A stretch of 64,000 nt of DNA from an uncultured bacterium (GCA_903908715.1 CAIVSY010000063.1:30113-94112); one strand, 5' to 3'. Positions 38,497-50,150 are shown, numbered from the stretch's first letter. Translations and numbers: made by a program. Notes: generated from the sequence alone by a model not told the origin.

Positions 38497-40167
38497 CTAC
38501 GATTTGACAGGCCGTGCGGGCCGCCTGGATTTCCTGGCCTCATTCTTCCCCTGCCCGCGCAAGGCCGCACCCACGAAACCCCGGAATAAGGGATGAGACT
38601 GCAATGGCGTCGACTGGAACTCCGGATGGAACTGGCATGCGACAAACCACGGATGATCCGCCAACTCAACAATCTCCACGAGATCACGCCCGGGACAGAT
38701 TCCGGAAAAGATCATCCCGGCCCGCTGCATCTTCTCGCGGAAACGGTTGTTGAACTCATACCGGTGACGATGCCGTTCACTGATCTCCCCTCTCCCGTAA
38801 GCCTTTCCCGCCACACTATCGGACTGGATCGCACAAGGATAGGCCCCCAAACGCATGGTCCCGCCCTTCTCAGTGACTTTCTTCTGCTCAACCATCATGT
38901 CGATCACAGGATACGCCGTAGCAGGAGCAAATTCAGTGCTGTTGGCTCCCGCCATCCCGCAAACATTACGGGCAAACTCAATCGTGGCACACTGCATGCC
39001 CAGGCAGATCCCGAAAAACGGGATCCGGTTGACCCGCGCATACTGAATCGTCTGGATCTTTCCCTCGATCCCTCGATCCCCGAAACCGCCCGGAACCAGA
39101 ATCCCGCTGACCCCAGCCAGTAATGCCGCAGCACCGGCTTTCTCGACCTCTTCCGATTCCACCATGCGGATCCGCACACCAACGCCATTGGCAATACCGC
39201 CGTGCGTCAACGCCTCATAAATACTCTTGTAGGAATCCCTTAAGGAAATGTACTTGCCCACCACTCCGATTTCAACCAGCCCCTGCGGCGGCGTGATGAG
39301 GGTTGCCACCATTCGCTTCCACTCGGAGAGTTCCAGCGGGTTCACATGCAGGCCAAGCATCTCCAGGATGTAGACGTCCACATCCTGCCTCGCAAGCTCA
39401 ATCGGAACCTCGTAAATCGAATGCTCGACATCCTTTTCCTCGATCACCTTGTTCTCATCGACATCGCAGAATAACGCCAGTTTGGCCTTATGCTCGGCTG
39501 TCATCGAATGCTCGCACCGGCAGATCAGGACATCGGGCACAATGCCGATGGTCCGGAGTATCCCCACGGACTGCTGCGACGGCTTGGTTTTCATTTCGCC
39601 GGCCGCCTTGATGTACGGCACCAGTGTCAGGTGAATGAACAGACCGTTCCTGCGCCCAATTTCGTGGCGATATTGCCGAATCGCCTCCAGGAAGGGTAGC
39701 GATTCGATGTCTCCGACCGTTCCACCGATCTCCGTGATGGCAATATCCACATCCTCGCCGTCCAGCGAACGGATGGCGGCCTTGATCTCATCGGTGATAT
39801 GCGGAATCACCTGAACGGTCTTGCCCAGATAACCGCCCTCTCTTTCGCGCGTGATCACCGCCCGGTATATGCTTCCGGAGGTGAAGTTGCTGTTCCGTGT
39901 GCAGGGAATGCCGGTGAAACGCTCGTAATGTCCCAGATCCAGATCCGTCTCCGCCCCGTCAACCGTAACATAGACCTCGCCATGCTGGTACGGCGACATC
40001 GTCCCTGGATCCACGTTGAGATAAGGATCCAGTTTCTGGAGCTTGACCCGATAGCCACGCTGGCGCAACAGAAGCGCCAAGGCAGCGGATGTCAAGCCCT
40101 TGCCCAGCGAGGAAACCACACCACCCGTGATAAAGACATGCCTCGTCGGTCCATTACGCGTGGCCAT
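38497..40167 (-). CDS. pyrG: CTP synthase
   Basis: [51 protein letters not shown]. Confidence 0.98.
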   Translation of the reverse strand: MATRNGPTRHVFITGGVVSSLGKGLTSAALALLLRQRGYRVKLQKLDPYLNVDPGTMSPYQHGEVYVTVDGAETDLDLGHYERFTGIPCTRNSNFTSGSIYRAVITREREGGYLGKTVQVIPHITDEIKAAIRSLDGEDVDIAITEIGGTVGDIESLPFLEAIRQYRHEIGRRNGLFIHLTLVPYIKAAGEMKTKPSQQSVGILRTIGIVPDVLICRCEHSMTAEHKAKLALFCDVDENKVIEEKDVEHSIYEVPIELARQDVDVYILEMLGLHVNPLELSEWKRMVATLITPPQGLVEIGVVGKYISLRDSYKSIYEALTHGGIANGVGVRIRMVESEEVEKAGAAALLAGVSGILVPGGFGDRGIEGKIQTIQYARVNRIPFFGICLGMQCATIEFARNVCGMAGANSTEFAPATAYPVIDMMVEQKKVTEKGGTMRLGAYPCAIQSDSVAGKAYGRGEISERHRHRYEFNNRFREKMQRAGMIFSGICPGRDLVEIVELADHPWFVACQFHPEFQSTPLQSHPLFRGFVGAALRGQGKNEARKSRRPARPVKS

Positions 40168-40188
40168 GATTTCCCTCCCTCTTCATCC

Positions 40189-41622
40189 TTACTCCAGATT
40201 CAATAGCAGAGTTGCCGTCTCCAACGCATCCTTACCCGTCATCCGGCTGACATCAAGCGGGTAATGCCCCGAAAAACACGCCGTGCAGTACCTCCCCGCA
40301 TTGGAGAAAGGCGTAAGCAATCCCTCCAGGCTCAAATATCCGAGACTGTCCGCCCCCGTGAACCGACGTGTCTCCTCCACACTGTGGCGCGCAGCAATCA
40401 ATTCATCCCTCGTCGCAAAGTCGATCCCGAAAAAACAGGGGTGTATCGTCGGCGGGCACGATATCCTGAGGTGGATTTCCTTTGCACCCGCATCCCGCAA
40501 GGCACTGACCCGGCGGCGCGATGTCGTTCCCCGTATAATGGAATCATCCACCACGACCACCCGCTTGCCCTTGACCACGTTCCCGATGACCGCCAACTTC
40601 ATATCCACACTGCGGGCCCGTTCCTCCGCCGAAGGCATGATAAAGGTCCGCCCCACATAATGGTTCCGCATGAAACCGAAATCCAACGGGATCCCGCTCT
40701 GCCGCGAATATCCCAGGGCGGCTGAATTCCCGCTGTCCGGAACGGATGTAACCAAATCCGCCTCCACCGGATGTTCCTGCGCCAACCGCATGCCAAGCCG
40801 GACACGGGTTTCATGCACATTCTGACCAAACAACAGGCTGTCCGGACGCGCAAAATACACATGCTCGAACACGCACTGCGAGACGCCCGCACCGCCTCCT
40901 TCGGCAAACCAGCTTGAATGCATTCCGCTGGCATCCACCACCACCAGTTCGCCCGGCTCAACATCCCGGATATACTCGGCGCCAACCTGCGTCAGGGCAC
41001 AGGTTTCGCTCGCAAACAAGTATCCCGACCCCAAGCGTCCAATGGATAGCGGCTTGAACCCCAATGGGTCGCGCGCCGCCATCAGGCAGTCCTTCGTCAT
41101 CAACAGAAACGAAAACGCGCCCTTGAGTTCACTCAGGGCGCGTGCAACCCGTCTCGGACGGGCCCGGAACATCGGATCGGCAAGCAAATGGACCAATACC
41201 TCGCTGTCGGTGCTGGTCTGGAAGATCGCCCCCGACTCCTGGTACATCCGCCGCAAGGATTGGGCATTAACCAGATTCCCGTTGTGGGCAATGGCCCAAA
41301 TGCCGTCACTGCACTCCACCACCAGAGGTTGGACATTCTGGATGCGGGGGGAACCCGTGGTGGAATAACGCACATGCCCGATGCCTAGATGCCCGGGCAA
41401 CTGCCGGATGCGATCCGCTGGAAAAACATCGTTTACAAGGCCGAGCCCCTTGATGGACCGTACCTGCGTTCCATCCGAGGTCACAATACCCGCACTCTCC
41501 TGCCCCCGGTGCTGCAAGGCAAACAACCCGGCATGAATCAACGGGGCTACGTCCGGTATGCCGTAGACTCCGCAGACTCCGCACGCCTCCCGTGGCCGAT
41601 CTTCGAACGCATTGCCATTCAT
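40189..41622 (-). CDS. purF: Amidophosphoribosyltransferase (propeptide / Fe-S type)
   Basis: REACG, LQHRGQESAG, GHVRYST, AHNGN, VPDSG, VVVDDSIIRGTT, YCTACF. Confidence 0.97.
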   Translation of the reverse strand: MNGNAFEDRPREACGVCGVYGIPDVAPLIHAGLFALQHRGQESAGIVTSDGTQVRSIKGLGLVNDVFPADRIRQLPGHLGIGHVRYSTTGSPRIQNVQPLVVECSDGIWAIAHNGNLVNAQSLRRMYQESGAIFQTSTDSEVLVHLLADPMFRARPRRVARALSELKGAFSFLLMTKDCLMAARDPLGFKPLSIGRLGSGYLFASETCALTQVGAEYIRDVEPGELVVVDASGMHSSWFAEGGGAGVSQCVFEHVYFARPDSLLFGQNVHETRVRLGMRLAQEHPVEADLVTSVPDSGNSAALGYSRQSGIPLDFGFMRNHYVGRTFIMPSAEERARSVDMKLAVIGNVVKGKRVVVVDDSIIRGTTSRRRVSALRDAGAKEIHLRISCPPTIHPCFFGIDFATRDELIAARHSVEETRRFTGADSLGYLSLEGLLTPFSNAGRYCTACFSGHYPLDVSRMTGKDALETATLLLNLE

Positions 41623-41677
41623 AGTTGCGCCCTCTCTCCGCACGGGGCGGCATGTTTACACCGTCCCACGCCACTAC

Positions 41678-43144
41678 TCAAGAACATTCTTCCCCGCCGG
41701 ACTCGCCGGAAATCCCGCGGGAATCCAGATAAGCCTCTATCCCGGCCGCAGCCTGCCGCCCGTCACGAATCGCCCTCACCACCAGGGATGCTCCCATCGA
41801 CATGTCGCCCGAAACAAAAATCCCCGGAACATTGGTCATGTTGGCGGCATCCCTCCAGATTACGCCCCCCGTTCCCGTACGAAGCCCGAGGTCTGCAATC
41901 ATGCGGTTCGGCTTCGGACCGGTAAACCCCATCGCCAGCAGAACCAGATCGGCCTTCCATTCGCGGTCCGATCCCGGCACCTCACGCATGACAGGCCGCA
42001 CGGCCCCGGTCGGTGTCGCCCACTCGACATCCACCGTGCAAACCGCCGTCACCCTGCCGTTGGCCCCCTTGAACTTCTTTGTGGCCACAGCCCAATGCCG
42101 CTCGCAGCCTTCCTTGTGACTGCTGGATATACGCATCACGTACGGCCACATCGGCCACGGCGTCGACTCCGAACGCACGGGCGGCGGCTGGGGCAGAATC
42201 TCCACCTGCTTCACCTGGACCGCCCCCTGCCGGATCGCGGTCCCCACGCAATCGGATCCGGTGTCACCACCGCCGATTACAAGCACAGACTTGCCATCCG
42301 CAAGGATCGCACGATCCGGGTCAACGGACTCACCTGCTAAACGTCGATTCTGCTGTGTCAGATAGTCCATGGCGAAGTGGATTCCCGCCAGTTCCCGCCC
42401 AGGAACCGCCAGATCCCGCGGTTGTCTCGCGCCCGCACACAGGCAGATGGCATCAAAGCGGCCCCGCAGGTAGTGATAGGACAGATCCTCGCCAACCCGC
42501 ACACCCATTTCGAAGTCGACACCCTCCGCCTCCATCAGCGCGATCCTCCGGTCCACAATAACCTTCTCGAGCTTGAACTCCGGAATGCCATAACGCAGGA
42601 TTCCGCCCGCCCGGGCTGCGCTGTCGTACACAACCACCCGGAACCCGCGACGGTTGAGCGTATCGGCCACCGCCAATCCCGCAGGACCCGAACCGATAAC
42701 CGCCACACGCTCCCCCCGCCGTACAGCTGGCGGCCGCGGCTTCACCAATCCCAGTTCAAAGGCGCGTTCAATAATGGCCAGTTCGATCTGCCGGATGGTC
42801 ACCGGCTCGCGGTTAATCCCGAGCACACAGGAACCCTCGCAGGGGGCCGGGCAAATGCGCCCGGTGAACTCCGGGAAGTTGTTGGTTGCCAACAGCACCT
42901 CCAACGCATCCCGCCATCGGCCGTGATAAACATGGTCATTCCATTCCGGAATCACATTCTGCAAGGGACAACCACAGCCATGGCAAAAAGGAGTCCCGCA
43001 GTCCATACAACGAGCGGCCTGCTCCGTGATCCCGTCCTCCGCGAACCGCAGTTCCACGGCACGATAGTCCCGTACCCGGTCCTGGACCGGGCGATAGCCC
43101 GGTTCCTTCCTGCCGTATTCCATGAACCCCGTGGGCTTACCCAT
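41678..43144 (-). CDS. gltD: Glutamate synthase small subunit
   Basis: QAARCMDCGTPFC, NNFPEFTGRICPAPCE, GSGPAGL, GGGDTGSDC, GASLVV.AI. Confidence 0.97.
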   Translation of the reverse strand: MGKPTGFMEYGRKEPGYRPVQDRVRDYRAVELRFAEDGITEQAARCMDCGTPFCHGCGCPLQNVIPEWNDHVYHGRWRDALEVLLATNNFPEFTGRICPAPCEGSCVLGINREPVTIRQIELAIIERAFELGLVKPRPPAVRRGERVAVIGSGPAGLAVADTLNRRGFRVVVYDSAARAGGILRYGIPEFKLEKVIVDRRIALMEAEGVDFEMGVRVGEDLSYHYLRGRFDAICLCAGARQPRDLAVPGRELAGIHFAMDYLTQQNRRLAGESVDPDRAILADGKSVLVIGGGDTGSDCVGTAIRQGAVQVKQVEILPQPPPVRSESTPWPMWPYVMRISSSHKEGCERHWAVATKKFKGANGRVTAVCTVDVEWATPTGAVRPVMREVPGSDREWKADLVLLAMGFTGPKPNRMIADLGLRTGTGGVIWRDAANMTNVPGIFVSGDMSMGASLVVRAIRDGRQAAAGIEAYLDSRGISGESGGEECS

Positions 43145-46100
43145 GGACCACCTCCGCCCGCTCCGTCGCCTCGTCCTCGCGCATCATCTTTCCCAGCACG
43201 CGCCGGTATTCCATTGGAAAGACCTTTACAAAATAGGGCAGATGCTCCTCCCACCCGTCCAGAATCCGTCGCGCCTTGCGACTACCCGTGTATTCCATAT
43301 GCCGCCGGAGCATGGACCGGATCTCCTCCTGGTCCTTCGGGTCGGATACCATTTCAAGGTCAACCATATCCAAATTGCACCGGCTGTCGAAACTCCTGTC
43401 CTCGTCATAGACATAGGCCAGACCGCCGCTCATTCCAGCCGCGAAATTAACCCCCGTCCGTCCGAGGACAATGACACGTCCGCCTGTCATGTATTCGCAT
43501 CCATGGTCTCCCACTCCTTCCACGACCGCATGAGCTCCGCTGTTCCGTATGGCAAATCGCTCACCAGCGCGTCCGCAAATATACATCTCCCCGCAGGTGG
43601 CCCCGTAAAGAAGAACATTCCCCGCGATCACGTTCTCCGAAGGGTCGAAACCGGCCGATCCACCCGTCTTGAGAATAATCCGGCCTCCGGACAGCCCCTT
43701 GCCCACATAATCGTTGGCCTCACCCTCAAGAACCATCGTCATCCCCCGAACACACCACGCACCGAAACTCTGCCCCGCCGCACCTTGGAAGACAAGGGTC
43801 ACCGTATCCTCAGGGAGACCCTTGTGACCATGGCGACGGGCAATCTCCCCGGCAATCATGGTCCCCACCGTCCTATTCACATTGCGTATCGGAGAGGATA
43901 TCTGGACGGGATTTCCCCCTTCGATCGACTCCCGAACCCGTGGCATCAAGGCAAGATCCAGCGCCTGATCCAGTTCGTGATCCTGCCGCTCCATGCACCG
44001 GACCGGTCCCCCGGTTTGAGGGCGATAGAGAATACCGGAATAATCAAGCCCCCTCGCCTTCCAAAAGGCAATGGCATCGTTCATCTCCAGCAGGTCAGAA
44101 CGTCCCACCATCTCATCCACCGTGCGGATTCCCAGACTGGCCATGATTCCACGGGCCTCTTCAGCCACATAGGTCAGGAATCTCTGCAGGTACTCCGGCT
44201 TGCCAGCAAAACGCTTGCGCAATTCGGGATCCTGTGTCGCCACACCCACCGGACATGTATTGCTGTGGCACTTTCGCATCATGACACAACCCATCACCAC
44301 CAATGCCGTGGTGGCGAACCCGAATTCCTCGGCCCCGAGCAGAGCGGCAACAACCACATCACGTCCGGTCTTGATCTGGCCATCCGTCTGCAACCGGACC
44401 CGGCCACGCAGGTTATTCAGGACCAGCGTCTGCTGGGTTTCGGCCAATCCAAGCTCCCAGGGAACCCCCGCATGCTTGATGGAGGAGAGCGGAGATGCCC
44501 CTGTGCCCCCATCATAACCGCTGATGAGGATCATGTCCGCCTTAGCCTTTGCCACACCGGCCGCAATCGTGCCCACTCCCAGTTCCGAAACCAGCTTGAC
44601 CGAGACCCGGGCTCCACTGTTGATGTTCTTGAGGTCATAAATCAGCTGCTTGATGTCCTCGATCGAATAGATGTCATGGTGCGGCGGCGGCGAAATCAAG
44701 GTCACACCCGGCGTGGAATGACGGACACGGCCGATCTCATCGTCGACCTTATGCCCCGGCAACTGCCCGCCCTCCCCCGGCTTTGCTCCCTGGGCAATCT
44801 TGATCTGTAATTCCCGTGCATGGACGCAGTATTCCGCCGTTACACCGAACCGTCCGCTGGCAACCTGCTTAATGGCGCTGCAACGGCTGTCTCCGTTTGG
44901 AAGCGGAATATACCGGCCTGGATCCTCCCCACCCTCCCCGCTATTGCTCATGCCGCCCAAACGGTTCATGGCAATAGCAATCGTCTCATGCGCCTCACGG
45001 CTGATGGACCCGTAGGACATGGCGCCCGTGACAAATCGCTTGACGATCGCAGCCGCCGGTTCAACCTCCTCGACAGGCACGGGCAAGGCAGTCTTGAACC
45101 GGAACATTCCCCGAAGGGTGAACTGCCGCTCCGCCTGCTCATTGATCAACCGCGCGTATTCACGATACAAGGCAACATCATCCTGGCGGGTTGCCTGCTG
45201 CAGTTTGCTGATGGCATCCGGACTCCAGAGATGCCGCTCCCCATCCACCCGGTAGCGGTAATGGCCACCCGCAGTCAATAATTCCGGGGCATTCAAATGT
45301 CCTGCCCAAGCCTCGGTATGGCGCGCACAGGCCTCCGCGGCAATGCCGTCCAAGCCAATCCCTCCCACACGTGACGCAGTCCCCTCAAAATAGCGGTCAA
45401 CCACCTCGCGCTTCAGGCCGACGGCCTCAAATACCTGGGCGCTCCGGTAACTGCGCAGGGTGGAAATCCCCATCTTGGACATGACTTTCCGCAATCCCTC
45501 CTGTAGCGAAGCCACATAGTTTTCCAATGCCCTCGCCACACCGATATCCGCGCTTAACTCGCGCCGCTTGGCCATCGAAGCGACAATTTCAAACGCCATA
45601 TAGGGGTTCACGGCTGTCGCGCCATACCCCAGCAGCAGCGCCATATGCATCACCTCACGCGCATCCCCTGTCTCGAGCAGGATACCCACACCCGTTCTGC
45701 GGCCATCACGAATCAGCCGGCGATTGACCGCTGATGTCGCCAGAAGCGACGGAATCGGAACCTCGTCCACAGTGAGGCCCCGATCGCTGAGGATGATCAG
45801 GTTCGTGCCCTCACGCACCGCCTGCTCCACCTCGTTCCCGAGCCGCTCAAGGGCCGCCTCAAGGCGCATCCCCCCTTCCCCACGGGGAAACCCGATACGA
45901 AACGCCTTTACGCTGAAATCAGGAAGATTCAGGTCCCGGATCCGCGCCAGGTCCTCGTTGGAAAGAATGGGATGCCGTAACTTGATCAAGCGCGCATGCT
46001 GGGGAACTTCCGAGAGGATATTGGATGGATTCCCGATGAACGTCATCAGCGACATCACCAGTTCTTCGCGAATCGGATCAATCGGCGGATTGGTCACCTG

Positions 46101-47690
46101 CGCAAACATCTGCTTGAAATACGAGAACAGCAACTGCGGCTGATCCGAAAAAACCGCCAGCGGCGTGTCCGTCCCCATCGAACCCACCGGCTCATGCGCC
46201 TTGGAAGCCATCGGTTCGAGTATCATCTGCAGGTCCTCACGCGTATAACCGAACAAACGCTCCCGCCGCAACAAGGTCGATTCATCCGGATTCACCGGGG
46301 CCATTGCCTCGAACAAGCCTTGCACAAGGACCTTGTTTTCCTCCACCCAGCGCCGATAGGGTTGTTGACGCACCACCCGGCTCTTGATCTCACGGTCCTT
46401 GATGACCCGCCCGCTTTCGAAATCCACCAACAGCATCTGGCCGGGGCGCAAGGCTCCTTTCTCCTTGACCCGATCGACGGGAATGTCCAGCACCCCTGCC
46501 TCGGACGCCATGACCATGAAACCATCCCGTGTGAGAGTGTAGCGAGCGGGCCGTAGGCCATTGCGATCCAATAGCGTGCCGACCCGTAATCCATCGGTGA
46601 ACGCAACCGTTGCCGGACCATCCCAGGGCTCCATGAGGCCCGCGTGATACTCAAAAAAACCCTTCTGGTCAGGCCCCACGGGATATTTCGCGCCCCATGC
46701 TTCGGGTATGAGCATCATCATGGCATGCGGCATGGACCGGCCGGCCGCTGTCAACATCTCCAGCGCATTATCCAGGCAGGCGGAATCACTACCACCCGGG
46801 TCAATGATTGGCAGCAACTTCCGCATGTCGTCACCGAAAAGCAACGAGTGCATCTGCCGCTCGCGGGCCCGCATCTGGTTAAGATTGCCACGCAGGGTAT
46901 TAATCTCGCCGTTATGCGCCAGCATCCTGAACGGCTGCGAAAGTTCCCAGGAAGGAAAGGTGTTGGTACTGTAACGCTGGTGGAGAACCGCAACCGCACT
47001 CTGCACACGTTGGTCATTCAGTTCCGTGTAGAACCCCGACACCTGCCCCCCCATGAGCAATCCCTTGTAAACCACCGTCCGGGCAGAAAAGCTGACCACA
47101 TAAAAGCGCTCCCTTGGCCCCAGCAGTTCCGCAACCTTGCGCTGGACAATCTTGCGGACAACCAGCAGCTTGCGATCCAACGCCTCACCCGTCAGGCCAT
47201 TCCCCCCCACAAAAACCTGCATGACCAAAGGGCAATCCCGGCGGGCAAGTTCCCCCAAAATCGCCTGATCCGTGGGGACTTCCCGCCAACCCAGCAGGGT
47301 AACCCCTTCCACACGAAGCACAGACTCCATGACGGCCATACATTGTTTGCGAACCGCAGTCTGGGGCACAAACAACATGCCAACTCCATAGGCACCTCCA
47401 TCCGGCAAGGCGAACCCCAGTCGCTCCGCCTCCTCCCGGTAAAAGGCGTCCGGAACCTGAATCAGGATTCCAGCACCATCCCCCGTCGTCTGATCCCCTC
47501 CCACAGCCCCGCGGTGAAGCAGGTTCTTCAGGACCTCAATACCGTCCCGTATGATTGCATGACTGGGTTTCCCCTCGATATTCGCGACAAACCCCACCCC
47601 GCAACTGTCGTGTTCCTGAAGCGGGTCATACAATCCCTGGGCCGGAGGCAAGCCGTACTGGCCACCCTCCTTGCTGGATACATCCGTCAT
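43137..47690 (-). CDS. gltB: Glutamate synthase large subunit
   Basis: EHDSCGVGF (Ntn Cys), HQRYSTNT, AHNGEIN, GAKPGEGGQLPG, CVMMRKCHSNTCPVG, EGVGDHGCEYMTGG. Confidence 0.98.
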   Translation of the reverse strand: MTDVSSKEGGQYGLPPAQGLYDPLQEHDSCGVGFVANIEGKPSHAIIRDGIEVLKNLLHRGAVGGDQTTGDGAGILIQVPDAFYREEAERLGFALPDGGAYGVGMLFVPQTAVRKQCMAVMESVLRVEGVTLLGWREVPTDQAILGELARRDCPLVMQVFVGGNGLTGEALDRKLLVVRKIVQRKVAELLGPRERFYVVSFSARTVVYKGLLMGGQVSGFYTELNDQRVQSAVAVLHQRYSTNTFPSWELSQPFRMLAHNGEINTLRGNLNQMRARERQMHSLLFGDDMRKLLPIIDPGGSDSACLDNALEMLTAAGRSMPHAMMMLIPEAWGAKYPVGPDQKGFFEYHAGLMEPWDGPATVAFTDGLRVGTLLDRNGLRPARYTLTRDGFMVMASEAGVLDIPVDRVKEKGALRPGQMLLVDFESGRVIKDREIKSRVVRQQPYRRWVEENKVLVQGLFEAMAPVNPDESTLLRRERLFGYTREDLQMILEPMASKAHEPVGSMGTDTPLAVFSDQPQLLFSYFKQMFAQVTNPPIDPIREELVMSLMTFIGNPSNILSEVPQHARLIKLRHPILSNEDLARIRDLNLPDFSVKAFRIGFPRGEGGMRLEAALERLGNEVEQAVREGTNLIILSDRGLTVDEVPIPSLLATSAVNRRLIRDGRRTGVGILLETGDAREVMHMALLLGYGATAVNPYMAFEIVASMAKRRELSADIGVARALENYVASLQEGLRKVMSKMGISTLRSYRSAQVFEAVGLKREVVDRYFEGTASRVGGIGLDGIAAEACARHTEAWAGHLNAPELLTAGGHYRYRVDGERHLWSPDAISKLQQATRQDDVALYREYARLINEQAERQFTLRGMFRFKTALPVPVEEVEPAAAIVKRFVTGAMSYGSISREAHETIAIAMNRLGGMSNSGEGGEDPGRYIPLPNGDSRCSAIKQVASGRFGVTAEYCVHARELQIKIAQGAKPGEGGQLPGHKVDDEIGRVRHSTPGVTLISPPPHHDIYSIEDIKQLIYDLKNINSGARVSVKLVSELGVGTIAAGVAKAKADMILISGYDGGTGASPLSSIKHAGVPWELGLAETQQTLVLNNLRGRVRLQTDGQIKTGRDVVVAALLGAEEFGFATTALVVMGCVMMRKCHSNTCPVGVATQDPELRKRFAGKPEYLQRFLTYVAEEARGIMASLGIRTVDEMVGRSDLLEMNDAIAFWKARGLDYSGILYRPQTGGPVRCMERQDHELDQALDLALMPRVRESIEGGNPVQISSPIRNVNRTVGTMIAGEIARRHGHKGLPEDTVTLVFQGAAGQSFGAWCVRGMTMVLEGEANDYVGKGLSGGRIILKTGGSAGFDPSENVIAGNVLLYGATCGEMYICGRAGERFAIRNSGAHAVVEGVGDHGCEYMTGGRVIVLGRTGVNFAAGMSGGLAYVYDEDRSFDSRCNLDMVDLEMVSDPKDQEEIRSMLRRHMEYTGSRKARRILDGWEEHLPYFVKVFPMEYRRVLGKMMREDEATERAEVVHG

Positions 47691-47714
47691 GGCTAGCGTC
47701 TCCTGAATAGCTTA

Positions 47715-47738
47715 GGGCGCCCGGTAAACCGGGCGCCC
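47715..47738. repeat. Perfect GC-rich inverted repeat between glnA and gltB
   Basis: GGGCGCCCGGT-AA-ACCGGGCGCCC; no U-tract on the minus strand. Confidence 0.75.
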
Positions 47739-47780
47739 ATTCATGCGATTCCCAAACCGTTGCGGTCTGCCATTCAACCG

Positions 47781-49904
47781 TCATCGGTAGAACAGCATGT
47801 CCGCATACGTCGGCAGCGGCCAGTAACCCGATCCCATCACGGGTTCAACGGCATCCGCAACCCTGCGCAATGCCGACATGGCAGGCATCACACCATCCCG
47901 GAAGGAGACCGCCCTTTCCGGAGCGTGTTTTTCCGACATAGCCTTGCCAACGGCCAGTTCCAGATCATCGATCGCCGTCGCCAGCTCAGCGGCACTCCCG
48001 TTCAGGCGCCTCAGCAATGAAGCCTGCGCCGCCGGTGTCTCCCCCGCCGCCTCAACCGCATTCATCCCGACTGCCACATCCCCGGCAAACTTGACCACCG
48101 CCGGCAGGATCTCCCGACGCGCCATCTGCAACATCGTCCTGGCCTCGATCGCAATGGTCTTGGCGTAGTTCTCCAGCAGGATCTCGTGCCGGGCCTTGAT
48201 CTCACCCTTGGTCAACGTGCCGTGCTTGACGAGGACGGCCACGTTGTCCTTTTCCTGCATCGCGTTGATACCGTCCACACAATTGCGGATGTTCGGGAGA
48301 CCCCGCCGGCCTGCCTCCTCCACCCAGGCAGCGGAATAGTTGTCGCCGTTGAACACTATCGCCTCATGTTCCTTGGCGTACTCCTGCAACAGCTTCTGGA
48401 CGCGCGAATTGACGTCCTTCACCCCCTCGAGGTTGTCGGCAATCTCCATCAACGTATGGGCCACAATCGTGTTCAGGACGAAATTCGGCCCCGAAAGCGA
48501 CTGCGAGGAACCCGCCATGCGGAACTCGAACTTGTTGCCGGTGAATGCGAACGGCGATGTACGGTTCCGGTCCGTCGTGTCCTTGGGGATCGCAGGCAGA
48601 TGCGAAACCCCAAGCATCAACCGCCCACCCTGCTTGGACCGGTTCGCTCCACCTTCCCGCAACTGGGATAGAATATCCGTCAACTGATCCCCGAGAAAAA
48701 TCGACACAATCGCCGGCGGAGCCTCGTTGGCACCCAACCGGTGGTCGTTGCCCGGCGTTGCCACGGTCGCCCGCAACAGGCTGGAATACTTATGCACCGC
48801 CCGAATCACCGCCATCAGGAATACCAGAAACTGCATGTTGTCGTGAGGGGTGCTTCCCGGATTCAGCAGGTTGATCCCGTCATCGGTCCCGATCGACCAG
48901 TTATTGTGCTTCCCGGATCCGTTCACACCAGCAAAAGGCTTCTCGTGGAGCAGGCAGATGAACCCATGCCTGCGAGCTGTACGCTGCAGAACTTCCATCG
49001 TCAGCTGATTATGATCCACACCGATGTTGACGGTTGCGAAAACCGGGGCAATCTCATGCTGGGCCGGAGCCACCTCGTTATGCTGGGTCTTCGCCAGGAC
49101 CCCCAGTTTCCACAGCTCCTCGTTCAGATCCGCCATGAAGGACGCCACCCGCTCATGCAGAGTACCGAAGTACTGGTCCTCCATCTCCTGCCCTTTCGGT
49201 GGCGGCGCCCCGAACAGGGAGCGCCCGGCAAAACGCAGATCCGCCCGGCGCTCCACAAACTGACGATCGATCAGGAAATACTCCTGTTCCGCACCCAAAG
49301 TGGCGGTCACCCTTCGGCTCGTCGTATTCCCCAATGCCCGCAGCACGCGCGTGGCCTGGTTATTTAACGCCTCCATAGACCGTAACAAAGGGGTCTTTTT
49401 GTCCAGCGCCTCCCCCGTGTAGGACGCAAAGGATGTGGGAATGAAAAGCGTGATGTTCTTCCCGTCCCGCTTGATGAATACCGGCGACGTGCAATCCCAT
49501 ACCGTGTATCCACGCGCCTCAAAAGTCGCACGAATGCCGCCGGACGGGAACGAGGATGCATCCGGCTCGCCCTGCGTCAATTCCTTGCCGCTGAATTCCA
49601 TCATGATCCGGCCGTCGCTCGTCGGCGAAATGAATGAATCATGCTTCTCAGCCGTGATCCCGGTCATGGGCTGGAACCAGTGACAGAAATGCGTAGCCCC
49701 CTTTTCCACCGCCCAGTCCTTCATGGCATTCGCCACCACGTCAGCCACCGCGGGATCCAACTCCCGCCCTTCCTCAATCGTAGCCTTGAGCCTGCGATAT
49801 ATGTTCTTCGGCAACCGCTCCCTCATGACCGCATCGTTGAAAACATTCGAACCGAAAACCTCGGGAAGCCCCGACTCTTGCGTTGTCTCATTTCCGTTTT
49901 TCAT
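47781..49904 (-). CDS. glnA: Glutamine synthetase type III
   Basis: [88 protein letters not shown] before ATG 49904; an in-frame ATG also lies at 49976. Confidence 0.96.
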   Translation of the reverse strand: MKNGNETTQESGLPEVFGSNVFNDAVMRERLPKNIYRRLKATIEEGRELDPAVADVVANAMKDWAVEKGATHFCHWFQPMTGITAEKHDSFISPTSDGRIMMEFSGKELTQGEPDASSFPSGGIRATFEARGYTVWDCTSPVFIKRDGKNITLFIPTSFASYTGEALDKKTPLLRSMEALNNQATRVLRALGNTTSRRVTATLGAEQEYFLIDRQFVERRADLRFAGRSLFGAPPPKGQEMEDQYFGTLHERVASFMADLNEELWKLGVLAKTQHNEVAPAQHEIAPVFATVNIGVDHNQLTMEVLQRTARRHGFICLLHEKPFAGVNGSGKHNNWSIGTDDGINLLNPGSTPHDNMQFLVFLMAVIRAVHKYSSLLRATVATPGNDHRLGANEAPPAIVSIFLGDQLTDILSQLREGGANRSKQGGRLMLGVSHLPAIPKDTTDRNRTSPFAFTGNKFEFRMAGSSQSLSGPNFVLNTIVAHTLMEIADNLEGVKDVNSRVQKLLQEYAKEHEAIVFNGDNYSAAWVEEAGRRGLPNIRNCVDGINAMQEKDNVAVLVKHGTLTKGEIKARHEILLENYAKTIAIEARTMLQMARREILPAVVKFAGDVAVGMNAVEAAGETPAAQASLLRRLNGSAAELATAIDDLELAVGKAMSEKHAPERAVSFRDGVMPAMSALRRVADAVEPVMGSGYWPLPTYADMLFYR

Positions 49905-50021
49905 ACTGGCTCCTTCTTGCATCACAACTGCGTACGTGTCCCCTAACTTATACACCAACCCAACCCGGTTGACCATGAGGTTTCCTGACCGGATCGCCTA
50001 AAAAAGCACGATGGATGACTG

Positions 50022-50037
50022 AGCAACAAGCGTGCCA
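50022..50037 (-). promoter_or_regulatory. sigma54 (-24/-12) promoter for glnA-gltBD
   Basis: Minus strand TGGCAC-GCTTG-TTGCT, a full match to TGGCAC-N5-TTGCW (GG-N10-GC). Confidence 0.85.
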
Positions 50038-50100
50038 GATATTAAAACGAGCAAAATCCACCCGAAAATCGATACAAGAGCGGGCAGCTAACGAATCAGA

Positions 50101-50150
50101 TGCTACAGATTTGTAACACAACCGCTCTCTTTGCTTCATTTTTGAATGCA
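50101..50150. promoter_or_regulatory. Candidate enhancer (activator-binding) palindromes
   Basis: TGCTACA-GATT-TGTAACA (50101-50118) and TGCTTCA-TTTT-TGAATGCA (50132-50150), between the two sigma54 promoters. Confidence 0.45.
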
